From Calditrichales bacterium (GTDB taxonomy: Bacteria > Calditrichota > Calditrichia > Calditrichales > J004), in contig OZ254086.1 of NCBI GenBank assembly GCA_965267575.1, forward strand, positions 2,272,001-2,336,000: a stretch of DNA of 64,000 nt, in the 5' to 3' direction. The position numbers and the translations under genes are program-made. The notes under the pieces were generated by a model. That model had not been told where the DNA came from. It worked only from the letters and a program-made list of their open reading frames with translations, and ran no database searches. Within the stretch, counting starts at the first letter, position 1; every line of letters begins with the position of its first letter. This document shows, one piece after another, positions 9,366 through 18,631 of the stretch.

Positions 9366-9809
9366 TTATTTTTGGCGTACCAACGTCAGCCGGAAACCGC
9401 TGTCATTTTCTCCAAGCACTGTTACAAGCAAGGTATCCTGAGCCAGGAGTTTATACTGAATTTTCTTTGGAAAATCATGGTCTGGGTTTTCAAAGGAGTA
9501 GATTTCCTTGTGGGCGGGATTTAACGTAAAGCCAATGGTGCGGCCTTCATTCTGATCGGGCACCGTGGCTTCGTAAACAAGCTGCCCGTCGACTTCCCGA
9601 ATGACCAGCGTTTCGAAAACGCGCTGGCTGTCGCCCTGAACTTTATAGCCGTATCCCTCCAGGCGCTTCGGCCCCGTTTTCTTCCATTCTTCATAGGTGT
9701 CGCGGCCATCGACCTTCCAGGTACCGGCCAGGAAATCCATTTTAAAAGAAGGGCTGTCCGAACAACTCAACAGCAGCAATATCAACAAAAAGCCAACTAA
9801 TGTTTTCAT
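9366..9809 (-). CDS. DUF6265-like lipoprotein
   Basis: Lipobox LLSC; FLAGTW, YEEW, FENPDHDFPKKIQY. Confidence 0.75.
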   Translation of the reverse strand: MKTLVGFLLILLLLSCSDSPSFKMDFLAGTWKVDGRDTYEEWKKTGPKRLEGYGYKVQGDSQRVFETLVIREVDGQLVYEATVPDQNEGRTIGFTLNPAHKEIYSFENPDHDFPKKIQYKLLAQDTLLVTVLGENDSGFRLTLVRQK

Positions 9810-9820
9810 CCGCCTGCTCC

Positions 9821-10285
9821 TTATTTTAGTGACAATAAGATATCTACTTCTGCGTTGCTCCAATCATAGCTGCGCTGATCGTAGACCTCAAAGTCAAACG
9901 CATACCCACGGACGCTATCGTCTTTTGACCAGATTTCGCGCCAGGCATTCATAATGCAATAAGGCATTTTGCCGCGTGCGACGATTTTTTTATACGTGCC
10001 TGACGGAATCGTTAATTTCTCCAGACCATCGGGTTGGACCGCTTTGGGATCTACCCGGCAGCCAATGAAATAGGAGAAGGGCTGCGTGTGGTCGCCGTCG
10101 TAATCAAAGTACACGGCACGAACGGCGTTATCCAGTTTTCCCGCAATTTTGTTGGCTATTTTTTCCTGCTCAAAGCGTTGCCATAAAGCGCCGCAATCCC
10201 GGCTCGATTGCTCGTTTGAGTTAGTTGTTTTGCCCGGCAGCCTTATTCCGGCCAGGGTAAACGTATCAATACTTATGTGATCCAT
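9821..10285 (-). CDS. GyrI-like small-molecule binding (effector) domain protein
   Basis: LWQRF, AVYFDY.GD....FSYFIG, IPSG.Y, AW.EIW, DFEVYD.R. Confidence 0.88.
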   Translation of the reverse strand: MDHISIDTFTLAGIRLPGKTTNSNEQSSRDCGALWQRFEQEKIANKIAGKLDNAVRAVYFDYDGDHTQPFSYFIGCRVDPKAVQPDGLEKLTIPSGTYKKIVARGKMPYCIMNAWREIWSKDDSVRGYAFDFEVYDQRSYDWSNAEVDILLSLK

Positions 10286-10293
10286 TCTTCTCC

Positions 10294-11151
10294 TTATTTA
10301 CCGTAGCGGTAATTTTGCAGCAGATGCCAGCTCGATTCAAGTTCAAAATCGGGAGTGTGCTCAAAAAGCATGTCCAGAGTCCACTTGTGATTGTCTCCAA
10401 CAATAATAAGAATGCGATCGCCTTCTTCGGCAAGCTTCAGCACGTTGCTCATCATGCGCACATTCCGTCGGTACCAGCGACCAAGCCAATCCGGTCCCAT
10501 CCAGTTTTTTTGTATGCCAACCCGTACTTCGTAAAGGTGCATTCTCTGAGCATTTATTTTTGCTGCCTGCGGTGAATTCATCAGCATTAAACGGTCATAC
10601 AGACTATGGCTGTCCAAAAGACTCTGATTGTGCTCCCAGGTTTCGATCAGCTCATTTTCGTACTTATTGTAAAACCCGTCATCGTTTTGCCTGGCGTAGG
10701 TGTTGAACGATCTAAAGGAAAAATTATCCAGCGAACCGATGTATTCGGTTTGGTCATCGAACAGATAGACGCTGTCATGCTCCAAGGCTTTGGCTACTTT
10801 GAAGCCAATCTGGTAAATCTCGTTGGGTTTGTCCGAAATATCAAAAGAATCTCTCAGAAAAAGTCGGTACTGGCGGTTGGTTTCCGTAAGGCGTGATGGT
10901 TCCCATTCCAAGACTACTTTTGTCGGATGAAAAGCGGCAAGAGCGGACACTACCCGCGAAAGCTGAGATTGATGGTTTTGGGCCAGCATAGTCGAGTCAA
11001 AGTGAAACGTGCCCAATATCATAACCGTTGAATGGGCCAGGCTGTCGAAATTTTTGAGCAGGTCTGCTTGCGGTTCCTTAGTCTGTCCATGCATGCCCGC
11101 ACAAAAGATCAATATTATAAAGAATGTTGTAATCGCTTTTGCTTCTTTCAT
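10294..11151 (-). CDS. DUF5694-like exported protein (TraB/Tiki-like fold)
   Basis: Signal peptide; VMILGTFHF, F.PTKV.LE, NEIYQIGF, WY.RN.RM, RILIIVG..H. Confidence 0.75.
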   Translation of the reverse strand: MKEAKAITTFFIILIFCAGMHGQTKEPQADLLKNFDSLAHSTVMILGTFHFDSTMLAQNHQSQLSRVVSALAAFHPTKVVLEWEPSRLTETNRQYRLFLRDSFDISDKPNEIYQIGFKVAKALEHDSVYLFDDQTEYIGSLDNFSFRSFNTYARQNDDGFYNKYENELIETWEHNQSLLDSHSLYDRLMLMNSPQAAKINAQRMHLYEVRVGIQKNWMGPDWLGRWYRRNVRMMSNVLKLAEEGDRILIIVGDNHKWTLDMLFEHTPDFELESSWHLLQNYRYGK

Positions 11152-11240
11152 GGCTGTCCATTTGTTTTTGCGTTGCTAATTGTGCCGTCGCTAGATCTCT
11201 CTCGAGATGAAGGTATTGCTTTCGTCGCCCTGCACAGGAA

Positions 11241-11399
11241 ACCCATCTCCAACCCCTTCCCAAAATTTAGGGAAGGGGCTTATTATGCCAGCGGCTCCTG
11301 ATCTGTCATACCCGTGAAAACGGGAATCCAGGAAATACGGCTTTTTGCAGCGCCATAGCTAATTCCTGGGCATAGATTCCTGCCTTCGCAGGAATGACA
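11241..11399. repeat. CCCCTTCCC..GGGAAGGGG hairpin (11241-11279) and dRS3-like TGTCAT..GGGAATCC / GATTCC..GGAATGACA doublet (11304-11399)
   Basis: Inverted repeats read directly; homologous units at 25477, 26926, 27151, 33039, 33147 and 40450. Confidence 0.85.
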
Positions 11400-11483
11400 A
11401 ACGCCCGCTTTGTCTTGAAGGAGTTGAGGGATGCGTTGACATGAAAATATCGTATTACGCATTTATTCACCAATTCAATCCAT

Positions 11484-12146
11484 TCAGCGTTTGCGTGCCA
11501 GCGTCAGGCCATCGGCGATGGGCACCAGGCTGAGGTCAATGCGCAGATCGTCTTTCAGCTTCTCATTCAATTGGCGGATAGCGACGGTCTCCGCGTCTTG
11601 CTCACTGTCATCTGCCACGCGCCCGCTGTACAAAACATTGTCTATAGTGATCAGGCCGCCGGGACGGATGAGTTTGAAGCAGGCCTCGTAATAATAGTCA
11701 TAGCGTTCCTTGTCCGCGTCGATAAAGGCAAAGTCAAAGGTCCCCTCATGACCGTCCTGCAATAGCTGCTTCAGGGTCTCTTGCGCGTTACGCAGCTGCA
11801 GGTCGATTTTATGGTCCACGCCGGTTTTCTCCCAGTAGCGTCTGGCAACCGCTGTCCACTCTTCGTTGATGTCACAGCAAATTAGCTTGCCGTCATCGGG
11901 CAGGGCCTGCGCCATGCAGATGGAACTGTAGCCGGTAAAAGTGCCGATCTCGATGGCCTTTTTTGCGCCCATCAAACGGACCAGTAGCGCCATAAACTGG
12001 CCCTGCTCCGGGGCAATCTGCATGCGCGACATTTCATCTTTGGCGGTTTCGGCGCGCAGCTGTTTTAAGGTGTCCGGTTCACGTACGGAGATCCGCGCCA
12101 TGTAATCGTAAATTTCGGCCAGGTTCAATGTGCTGGCGTTTGACAT
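11484..12146 (-). CDS. Class I SAM-dependent O-methyltransferase (CCoAOMT-like)
   Basis: MQIAPEQGQF, IEIGTFTGYS, FDFAFIDADK, IDNVL, PIADGLTL. Confidence 0.93.
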   Translation of the reverse strand: MSNASTLNLAEIYDYMARISVREPDTLKQLRAETAKDEMSRMQIAPEQGQFMALLVRLMGAKKAIEIGTFTGYSSICMAQALPDDGKLICCDINEEWTAVARRYWEKTGVDHKIDLQLRNAQETLKQLLQDGHEGTFDFAFIDADKERYDYYYEACFKLIRPGGLITIDNVLYSGRVADDSEQDAETVAIRQLNEKLKDDLRIDLSLVPIADGLTLARKR

Positions 12147-12156
12147 AAAAAACTCC

Positions 12157-13140
12157 TTACCCTGCCGGTGCTATATTTACAACCACATTGCCTTTTTTGT
12201 GTCCGGCATCTACGTAGCGGTGCGCTTCGGCAATCTGCTCCAGCGGGAACTGCCTGTCAATGGTCACTTTCAGTTTATTCTGTTCAATCATTTCTTTGAT
12301 CAGCTGCAGGTCTTTCACTTTGTCCGGCAGGCTCCGCAGACCTGTAAAAGCAATCGCCGCCTTTTTATTGCCGATGATCGAAGTGCGCAGCATTTGCAGC
12401 AAAATGGGAAAACCGACCACGGTCGTCAGGAAAATGCCGCCCGGCTTCAGCGCTTTTTTGCTTTGAGAAAACGATGTTTTACCCACCGCGTCAAAAACCA
12501 CGTCGTAGGTTGCGGCTTTCCGGGTAAAATCTTCTTTTTTGTAATCGATGACTGTATCGGCGCCCAGTTCTTTTACCATGTTTACGTTGGCCGTGCTGCA
12601 AACGGCCGTTACGTCTGCGCCATAGTGTTTGGCAAACTGCACGGCAAACGATCCTACCGCGCCGGAGGCCCCGTTGATCAGCACCTTGTCGCCGCTTTTC
12701 ACTTTGCCGTTGTCGCGGATAAAGGGCAGGGCGGTCAGCGCGCCGTAAGCCACGCCGGCAGCTTCCTGCGCGGAGATGTTGGCCGGTTTGTGAATAAACG
12801 CCCCATCCTGCGTCAGGCAAATGTATTCGGCGTGCGTACCGGAGCCGTTGGTGCTGTCGCCAAAAACAACATCACCCGGCTTGAAATTTTTTACGCTCTT
12901 GCCTACGGCCTCCACTTCACCGCAAAACTCCGTGCCCAATACGGGTTGTTTAGGTTTCATCGGGCCGGTGGCCATGCGCGCGAAAAACTGGTCTCCACGA
13001 CGAAAAATGCTATCCACCATGGTGACAGTAGTTGCAGAAATTTTGACAAGAACTTCGTTGTCTCCGGGCGTGGGTTTTTCCAGTTCGCCCAATTCCAGCA
13101 CATCGGGGGAGCCGTATTTTTTGTAGAGGACTGCTTTCAT
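12157..13140 (-). CDS. NAD(P)-dependent alcohol dehydrogenase/quinone oxidoreductase (MDR family), paralog 2
   Basis: YGSPDVL, VLINGASGAVG, VFDAVGK, GHKKGNVV. Confidence 0.92.
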   Translation of the reverse strand: MKAVLYKKYGSPDVLELGELEKPTPGDNEVLVKISATTVTMVDSIFRRGDQFFARMATGPMKPKQPVLGTEFCGEVEAVGKSVKNFKPGDVVFGDSTNGSGTHAEYICLTQDGAFIHKPANISAQEAAGVAYGALTALPFIRDNGKVKSGDKVLINGASGAVGSFAVQFAKHYGADVTAVCSTANVNMVKELGADTVIDYKKEDFTRKAATYDVVFDAVGKTSFSQSKKALKPGGIFLTTVVGFPILLQMLRTSIIGNKKAAIAFTGLRSLPDKVKDLQLIKEMIEQNKLKVTIDRQFPLEQIAEAHRYVDAGHKKGNVVVNIAPAG

Positions 13141-13168
13141 GATTTCCTTTTTGTTTATGCTTCTTGTT

Positions 13169-13891
13169 TCAAGCCACCCGGGCGGCGCGGAATTGCTTTT
13201 TCACACCCCAGCCCAACAGCCAGATCGTTAACGTCACTTCGCCGATGGCTGCGGTCATGCCGACAACCCAGGCCAGTAGCTGTTCGTTGCCGGGCAGCAA
13301 AAAGTTGCCAAAACTTTCCGCCAGGTAGCCCAGGGCGGCAATGGCCATCAATACGCCCAGGAAGGCCGGGAAATATTCTGATTTATAAAGCAGGTAGCCC
13401 AGCAGCAAACAATGCAATCCAAAAAAAGCGCCGGCGATCAGGTAGCCGACGGTATGTGCTTCCATCAGCACTAAAGCCAGCGCCTGCAGTTGCTCCGCTG
13501 AAAAGACGCTGAGGTAATCGGCACCGCCCAAAAGCTGCAGCGCCATGTAGTGGTTCAACAGGTTGATGCCGGCGATGGCCGGGTGGGCCAGCAGACGCAG
13601 CGCTGCCGTAATAAGTGCCAGGGTTTTGCTGACCGGCCTGAGCAACACATAAAACAGAACCGAGACAATCGCATCGAGGATAAAGGCAATCAAATCGCCG
13701 GCAAAGCCAAACCGGAAAAGGCCCGGGGCAGCCATGATATTTTGTGCCGTGGCCACCGCATCGCCGGGGACGACCAGTTCAGCGCGCACATAGCCCTGGC
13801 TGAATCCGGCGAAGATAATGATAAGCAGGTACAAGACACCGGTAACACGGGCATAAACCTGCGGGGATGTTTGGACGGCTGATTTCGCCAT
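13169..13891 (-). CDS. DUF4386 membrane protein
   Basis: ARVTGVLYL, PGDAVATAQNI, FFGLHCLLLGYL, GE..L.IWLL..G. Confidence 0.85.
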   Translation of the reverse strand: MAKSAVQTSPQVYARVTGVLYLLIIIFAGFSQGYVRAELVVPGDAVATAQNIMAAPGLFRFGFAGDLIAFILDAIVSVLFYVLLRPVSKTLALITAALRLLAHPAIAGINLLNHYMALQLLGGADYLSVFSAEQLQALALVLMEAHTVGYLIAGAFFGLHCLLLGYLLYKSEYFPAFLGVLMAIAALGYLAESFGNFLLPGNEQLLAWVVGMTAAIGEVTLTIWLLGWGVKKQFRAARVA

Positions 13892-14044
13892 GTACTGTTC
13901 TCCATTGGTGAAGGGTGATTAAACATTACGCCGGGAATGAATGGCGGGGTATTGCAGGGAGTTTTGGGCTAAAAATAATCAGGTAATGGGCTGCGGCAAG
14001 TTTAGAAAGTTTTGTGTTGCAACGCAACCGCTGAGGGAGCCGGC

Positions 14045-14368
14045 TTAATTTTTCTTTTTCTTTTTGGGCGCTGGCAATTCTTTAACCGTAAGCCGGACCA
14101 GTTCGCTGAGCCAGGCGCGGTCATCCAGTTTCTCTTCAATCAAAAAACTGTTTTTGGCCCCGGGGTAGGGCGGTGCTTCCAGCACATCGCCAATGTAGTC
14201 GCGGCCTGTTTGCGTGGGCTTGATGAACAATTTATTGTTGCAAATCAGTGCAAAGATTTTACCATCGGCCCAGATACCATATTCACCAAACATCTTTTTC
14301 CAGGTGAGTTCGCCATCGTAATCAATCTGGTCAACAACATATTTTACAAAAGATTCATCTGTTGCCAT
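14045..14368 (-). CDS. TfoX/Sxy N-terminal domain protein
   Basis: KKMFGEYG, FALICNNKLFIKPT, PPYPGAK. Confidence 0.9.
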   Translation of the reverse strand: MATDESFVKYVVDQIDYDGELTWKKMFGEYGIWADGKIFALICNNKLFIKPTQTGRDYIGDVLEAPPYPGAKNSFLIEEKLDDRAWLSELVRLTVKELPAPKKKKKN

Positions 14369-14385
14369 TGGTGTTCTCCTTTAGT

Positions 14386-14721
14386 TTACCAGCGCAGCGT
14401 TGCGCCGTTTTCGCACACGTGCCCGGATTGGATGATGCTTGTTAAAACAAAAATATCCGCCTCGTTTAGTTGCAGTTTTGCGGACAAAATTTTCACCAGG
14501 CTCTCCTGTATGCGGGCGACGTCAGCTTCCGGCCATAGTGACGGCAGGTAAAGGTTCACCATGAGCGTGTAGTTTTTGCCACACTGTGCCGCCAGCGGGA
14601 TGGCGTTTAGGGTGACATCAGAGAGGTCCACGCCAATATCGGCGGCCCATTGCAAGGCGATTTCAGCCCAGCTGTTTTTGGAAACTGAAATGTCTTTGCA
14701 AAAGCAGTGCGCGATGGGCAT
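14386..14721 (-). CDS. Hypothetical protein, probable tautomerase/MIF superfamily (Pro-1)
   Basis: Starts MPIAHC; about 110 aa; two beta-alpha-beta-like halves; C-terminal DIFV.....G. Confidence 0.5.
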   Translation of the reverse strand: MPIAHCFCKDISVSKNSWAEIALQWAADIGVDLSDVTLNAIPLAAQCGKNYTLMVNLYLPSLWPEADVARIQESLVKILSAKLQLNEADIFVLTSIIQSGHVCENGATLRW

Positions 14722-14766
14722 TCTTTTTATCCACGGTTGTTTAGGCCCTAAAACGGGCCGGTTTTA

Positions 14767-15819
14767 TTATTGCTCCAGGAAATCAGCGATCGCAGCGATG
14801 TACGCCTCCCGCTGTTCCCACCAAATGATATGCCCGGCATTTTCAATAAAACGGTAGCGGGCGTTCGGGTAGTAATCTACATATTCCATGGCCGCGCCAA
14901 AAGGGATGTATTCACATTGACCCTGCAGCACCAGCACCGGTGCCTGAACGCGGGCCAGTTGATCCCTTACTTTGGGCATATCGTTATTGTTGGTGGCCAG
15001 GTAGGCGTAAAGCCCGCCGCCGCCTTCTTCGGGCAAGACGTTGGCCGGATCGCAGACCATGCCGCGGGTAAAGGTGGCCGCCAGCGCGTTAAGCATGCGG
15101 TCCATCTGCGTGTCGGAAATCAGCTTAACGTCCAGGAGCAGTGCACCCAGCGTGGCGACGATCGCTTTGGGTTTGGCCGCGGTCAGGTTTACGTCGTCCA
15201 CAAAGTTGTAGGGTTCTGTAAAGTCCAGCGAATCCGGTGTGAGGTAAAGCGAGTCGAGATCGGCGTATCGTCCTTTGATTTGGCGGTGTGGCAACATCAC
15301 GCCGGGGGAGCTGAAAACCAGCTTGTCCACCAGCGCCGGATGCCTGGCCGCGTAGTGGTTGACGATATTGGCGCCAAAGGAGTGCCCGATGAGTATCACT
15401 TTTTCAGTTTTGATTTTTTGAGTAATGATTTCATGCAGGTCCTGCAAATGCTTTTCGAAGCTGACATCGGAGTAGGCTGGCAGACGGTCGGAGAGACCGG
15501 AGCCGCGCTGGTCGTAGAGGTAGACGTCGTGGCCGCGGGATGTAAACGCGGTCATTGTTTCGATTATGCTGGAGTGGATGTAGCCGCCCGGGCCGCCGTG
15601 GACGAAAATAATAGGACTCTTAGTGCTGTCTGCCGCTGCCGCTAGATGTGTGTAGGCAATGCGAAAGCTCCCGCTCATCTCCCAATATTGTGTGCTTTCG
15701 CGGGGTTGTATCTTTGCTACCGTTTCCTTCTCCGGGATGATAAGCAAAAGCAGAAAAAAAATAGCCAGCAGCGCGGCAAAAGCAGAAATCCATTTAAAAA
15801 GCTTTTTAACAAGGCGCAA
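14767..15819 (-). CDS. Alpha/beta hydrolase (proline iminopeptidase-like) with N-terminal anchor
   Basis: HGGPG, YDQRGSGLS, GHSFG nucleophile elbow, NAGH. Confidence 0.9.
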   Translation of the reverse strand: MRLVKKLFKWISAFAALLAIFFLLLLIIPEKETVAKIQPRESTQYWEMSGSFRIAYTHLAAAADSTKSPIIFVHGGPGGYIHSSIIETMTAFTSRGHDVYLYDQRGSGLSDRLPAYSDVSFEKHLQDLHEIITQKIKTEKVILIGHSFGANIVNHYAARHPALVDKLVFSSPGVMLPHRQIKGRYADLDSLYLTPDSLDFTEPYNFVDDVNLTAAKPKAIVATLGALLLDVKLISDTQMDRMLNALAATFTRGMVCDPANVLPEEGGGGLYAYLATNNNDMPKVRDQLARVQAPVLVLQGQCEYIPFGAAMEYVDYYPNARYRFIENAGHIIWWEQREAYIAAIADFLEQ

Positions 15820-15909
15820 AAGAGGTTCCTTACGGGGATGATATGTGTCGGATAATTTTAGGCACTATACGTTTATACTGAAAAAAGTTTGGCGCAAAAG
15901 GCTAAATAT

Positions 15910-16350
15910 TTAAAGCGTATAGTAAAAGTGCAGCACATCTTCTTCATTACTCGGCGCCGTGGCGCGGTAAAAATCCAACGCGTGCTTATCCGGGCGGTCG
16001 GCCTGCACAAACACTTCCTCGTAGCCCAGTTGGGTGCAATGTTCTTTAATGAAAGCGATCAATTTTTTGCCAACGCCTTTTCTCTGGTAAGCCTGCAAAA
16101 CAGCCAGGTCATAAATATAGGCCAACGGTTTTGTGGAATAATATTGGTCCAGCGTATAAACCGTCATTGCGCCGATTGTCTTATTGCCGTCTTTTGCTGC
16201 AACGGCCATAAAGCCCGGTTTTTGCAAAAGTGCTTCCAGGTGCCGCTTTTCGGGCATGACAAAATTTTCCATCTCGAAGACATCCTCAAACAGACGGATC
16301 ATCGTGATGAATTCGTCCGGTTCTTGATGTGAAAGCAGCTTAATTTCCAT
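15910..16350 (-). CDS. GNAT N-acetyltransferase resembling AAC(3)-I
   Basis: YIYDLAV...QRKGVGKKL, VFVQAD..D..A..FY, V.HF. Confidence 0.8.
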   Translation of the reverse strand: MEIKLLSHQEPDEFITMIRLFEDVFEMENFVMPEKRHLEALLQKPGFMAVAAKDGNKTIGAMTVYTLDQYYSTKPLAYIYDLAVLQAYQRKGVGKKLIAFIKEHCTQLGYEEVFVQADRPDKHALDFYRATAPSNEEDVLHFYYTL

Positions 16351-17386
16351 TGCTATCTCCAAGGGTTGGCTGTTTTTCCGTAATGCGAACATCATCTTTG
16401 GGCAGGCGCGATATGAGCTTTAGGGTTTCACTCGAGAAACCGGCCCGTGCCAGCAGAACAGCGCCATATTCTCCGGCATTGTAAAGTGGGTAATCGCTCC
16501 CAAAAACTATCCTGTGTACTCCGATTTTCGCCATATACCTTTTTAACTCCCTGAACTCATTATCACTCAGGGCGTCGGCCCCTTCGGCATCTTTGTTCAG
16601 GCCTACGCCGGAAATATCAAAACGGATATTGTGCTTTCGGACGTGCTCTTTTTCCAGCGCTCCGGCAAACGCATCGATGACTGCCTTTGTCTTTTTTGTA
16701 AATCCGCCGGACGTGCCCCAATGGGCGATCGTTAAGCTAAGCGCCGGCATCTCAGGCAAAAGCGAATCCGCCAGGATTTCCACATCGCCACGCCCGAACG
16801 CTGCCGAGCCGTTATCGAAATGCAGCAGAACGGGAATGCCGTTTATCGCGGCCCTTAACAATAACGCTCCGACTTTTTGGCGATGGTCCCGTAGCTTTAA
16901 ATTTACGTTTGATGTATAAAAATGCAGCTTAATGCCGCATTCCGGGTTGATCGCGAAGCAGCGCTCAAGCTCCTCCAACGCGTAATCCTGAAGCGGATCA
17001 ATGGCAAAAAAGGGCCTGACGCGGGCGGAGTACTTTTTTGCCGCTTCGGCCAGCCAGTTGTTTTCGGCCTTAAGCCTGGCCCATGCGTCTGCGGCACGAT
17101 AATATTCACGGTTTTCAAAGACATAACCCATTCCAATGAGGTCAATAAACCGCGCGCCATTCTTGTGCAGAATCGTGTCGATGTTGGAATAGCTGGCCTC
17201 TGATCTTGAAAAGGGGATACCGGCATCTTTCCACCGGCTGATCAGGTAGGGGCTCATAATATGGACATGGCTGTCGTAATCGATCTGCGGCGCCGGAATG
17301 TTGTAGGTGGCGGGTTGAGAGTTGTTGCAGGTCCACAATAATGCGCCTGCGAAAAATAACGGGAGTGTTGCTATAAGCTGCTTCAA
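16340..17386 (-). CDS. Amidohydrolase-2 family metallo-hydrolase (exported)
   Basis: DSHVH, GIKLH, PVLLH, IAHWG, VFGSDYP. Confidence 0.85.
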   Translation of the reverse strand: MKQLIATLPLFFAGALLWTCNNSQPATYNIPAPQIDYDSHVHIMSPYLISRWKDAGIPFSRSEASYSNIDTILHKNGARFIDLIGMGYVFENREYYRAADAWARLKAENNWLAEAAKKYSARVRPFFAIDPLQDYALEELERCFAINPECGIKLHFYTSNVNLKLRDHRQKVGALLLRAAINGIPVLLHFDNGSAAFGRGDVEILADSLLPEMPALSLTIAHWGTSGGFTKKTKAVIDAFAGALEKEHVRKHNIRFDISGVGLNKDAEGADALSDNEFRELKRYMAKIGVHRIVFGSDYPLYNAGEYGAVLLARAGFSSETLKLISRLPKDDVRITEKQPTLGDSNGN

Positions 17387-17877
17387 AGCCGGCTGCTTTC
17401 GTCTTCCATCAGCGTTTTTTTAATCAGCACAATCTGGCCCAAATGATAGTGCGTGTGCTCGATGACGCCCTGCAGGTTGCGGTAGCAGCTGCCGTACTTT
17501 TTCTCCGTGAAATCATCCCACAGCTTTTCTTCGGGCAGCTTTTCGATCAGCTCGGCAAAACGTTCGCCATCGTGCCACAGCTTGTCCAGAAGCGCCTGCC
17601 ACTCTTCGGCGGATTGTATCGGCGGGTGGTTAAAGCTGTGGGCATCTTTTGCCTCCAGCCTGCCGCCGTCAAGCACCCGTGAAACCGCTTCCACGTAGTA
17701 GTTTATGTGATACACCAGCGCGGCGATCGTATTATAAGAATGCAGCTTTGTTGTGGCCTGCCGCCAGGTGACGCCTGCCAGTTGGCCCTTTAAGTTGGAG
17801 TCCGTCCAGTTACCGCCAAAATAGACCTCACGGAGGTGGCCGGCGATTTGGGCGGGCAGGGAGTTTTTGATTTCCAT
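17383..17877 (-). CDS. DinB/DUF1572-family protein
   Basis: NTIAALVYHINYY and IEHTHYHLGQI. Confidence 0.85.
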   Translation of the reverse strand: MEIKNSLPAQIAGHLREVYFGGNWTDSNLKGQLAGVTWRQATTKLHSYNTIAALVYHINYYVEAVSRVLDGGRLEAKDAHSFNHPPIQSAEEWQALLDKLWHDGERFAELIEKLPEEKLWDDFTEKKYGSCYRNLQGVIEHTHYHLGQIVLIKKTLMEDESSRL

Positions 17878-17878
17878 G

Positions 17879-18451
17879 CTATTTCCAGTTATTCAATTTT
17901 TTAACAGTGTCCCAATCACCTCTAAGCACGCTGTAGAAGATGGTATCGCGGCGGCGGCCGTGGGCCATAAGCGTGTGGCTGCGCAGAACGCCTTCTTCCA
18001 CAAAATGCATTTTTTCCATGGCCCGCCGGGCATATGTGTTCAGCACATCGGTTTTAAACTCAACCCGCTCAAAGCCCTGTTTGAAACAGTAGTCCAGCAG
18101 CAGGAACTTGCTTTGCTGGTTGATGCCTTTGCCCTGGAACGGTTTGCCAATCCAGGTCCAGCCTATTTCGACGCGTTTATCACGCAGGACAATATTACCC
18201 AGGCTGGTGGAGCCGGCAAGTTGTCCGGAGGTTTTTTCGACTACGGTAAAAGCCAGGCGCTTTTGTTGGCGCATCTCTTTCAGCGCGGCGTTAAACCACT
18301 GCGTCAGTTCATCATCATTGGATAAATTGTAGGTGAACCATTTCCACATTTCGGCATCCCGCGTGAGGGGACGCATTTTATCCAGGTCGCTTTCCGCCAC
18401 CGGCCGCAAAAGGATATCTGCCGTTTCAAGCTGCAGGTCAAAATCAATCAT
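17879..18451 (-). CDS. GNAT acetyltransferase (RimJ/RimL type)
   Basis: VEIGWTWI...FQGKGIN, RVEFKTDVLN, EGVLRSH, RRDTIFYSVL. Confidence 0.9.
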   Translation of the reverse strand: MIDFDLQLETADILLRPVAESDLDKMRPLTRDAEMWKWFTYNLSNDDELTQWFNAALKEMRQQKRLAFTVVEKTSGQLAGSTSLGNIVLRDKRVEIGWTWIGKPFQGKGINQQSKFLLLDYCFKQGFERVEFKTDVLNTYARRAMEKMHFVEEGVLRSHTLMAHGRRRDTIFYSVLRGDWDTVKKLNNWK

Positions 18452-18531
18452 ATTTTCTTTCCGGGATGAAGTGAAGAGTGGGGCAATATATTCAGGCAGG
18501 CCGGAAGAGACAAAGTTTAATTCACCGGGAT

Positions 18532-18566
18532 AAAAAAATACCCGGCTCCTGGAAAGAAACCGGGTA
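18532..18566 (-). terminator. Probable intrinsic terminator
   Basis: Minus strand tacccggtttc...ggagccgggta stem followed by a T7 tract. Confidence 0.6.
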
Positions 18567-18631
18567 ACTGATTTTGCATACCGGTGGTATTATTCATAAA
18601 AAATGAATCCGGCTGTTTTTTTCGCGCGCCG

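Noticed and set aside
4794-13140. Two MDR dehydrogenases as a recent tandem duplication
   Set aside because: The proteins are clearly diverged and have different neighbours; independent acquisition is more plausible
6984-15863. TTAGGC/GCCTAA(C) hexamers in spacers (6984, 8001, 14741, 15858) resembling integron attC core sites
   Set aside because: Only one half-site each, no paired R'/R'' boxes or attC hairpin, present in a minority of spacers, and no intI in the window
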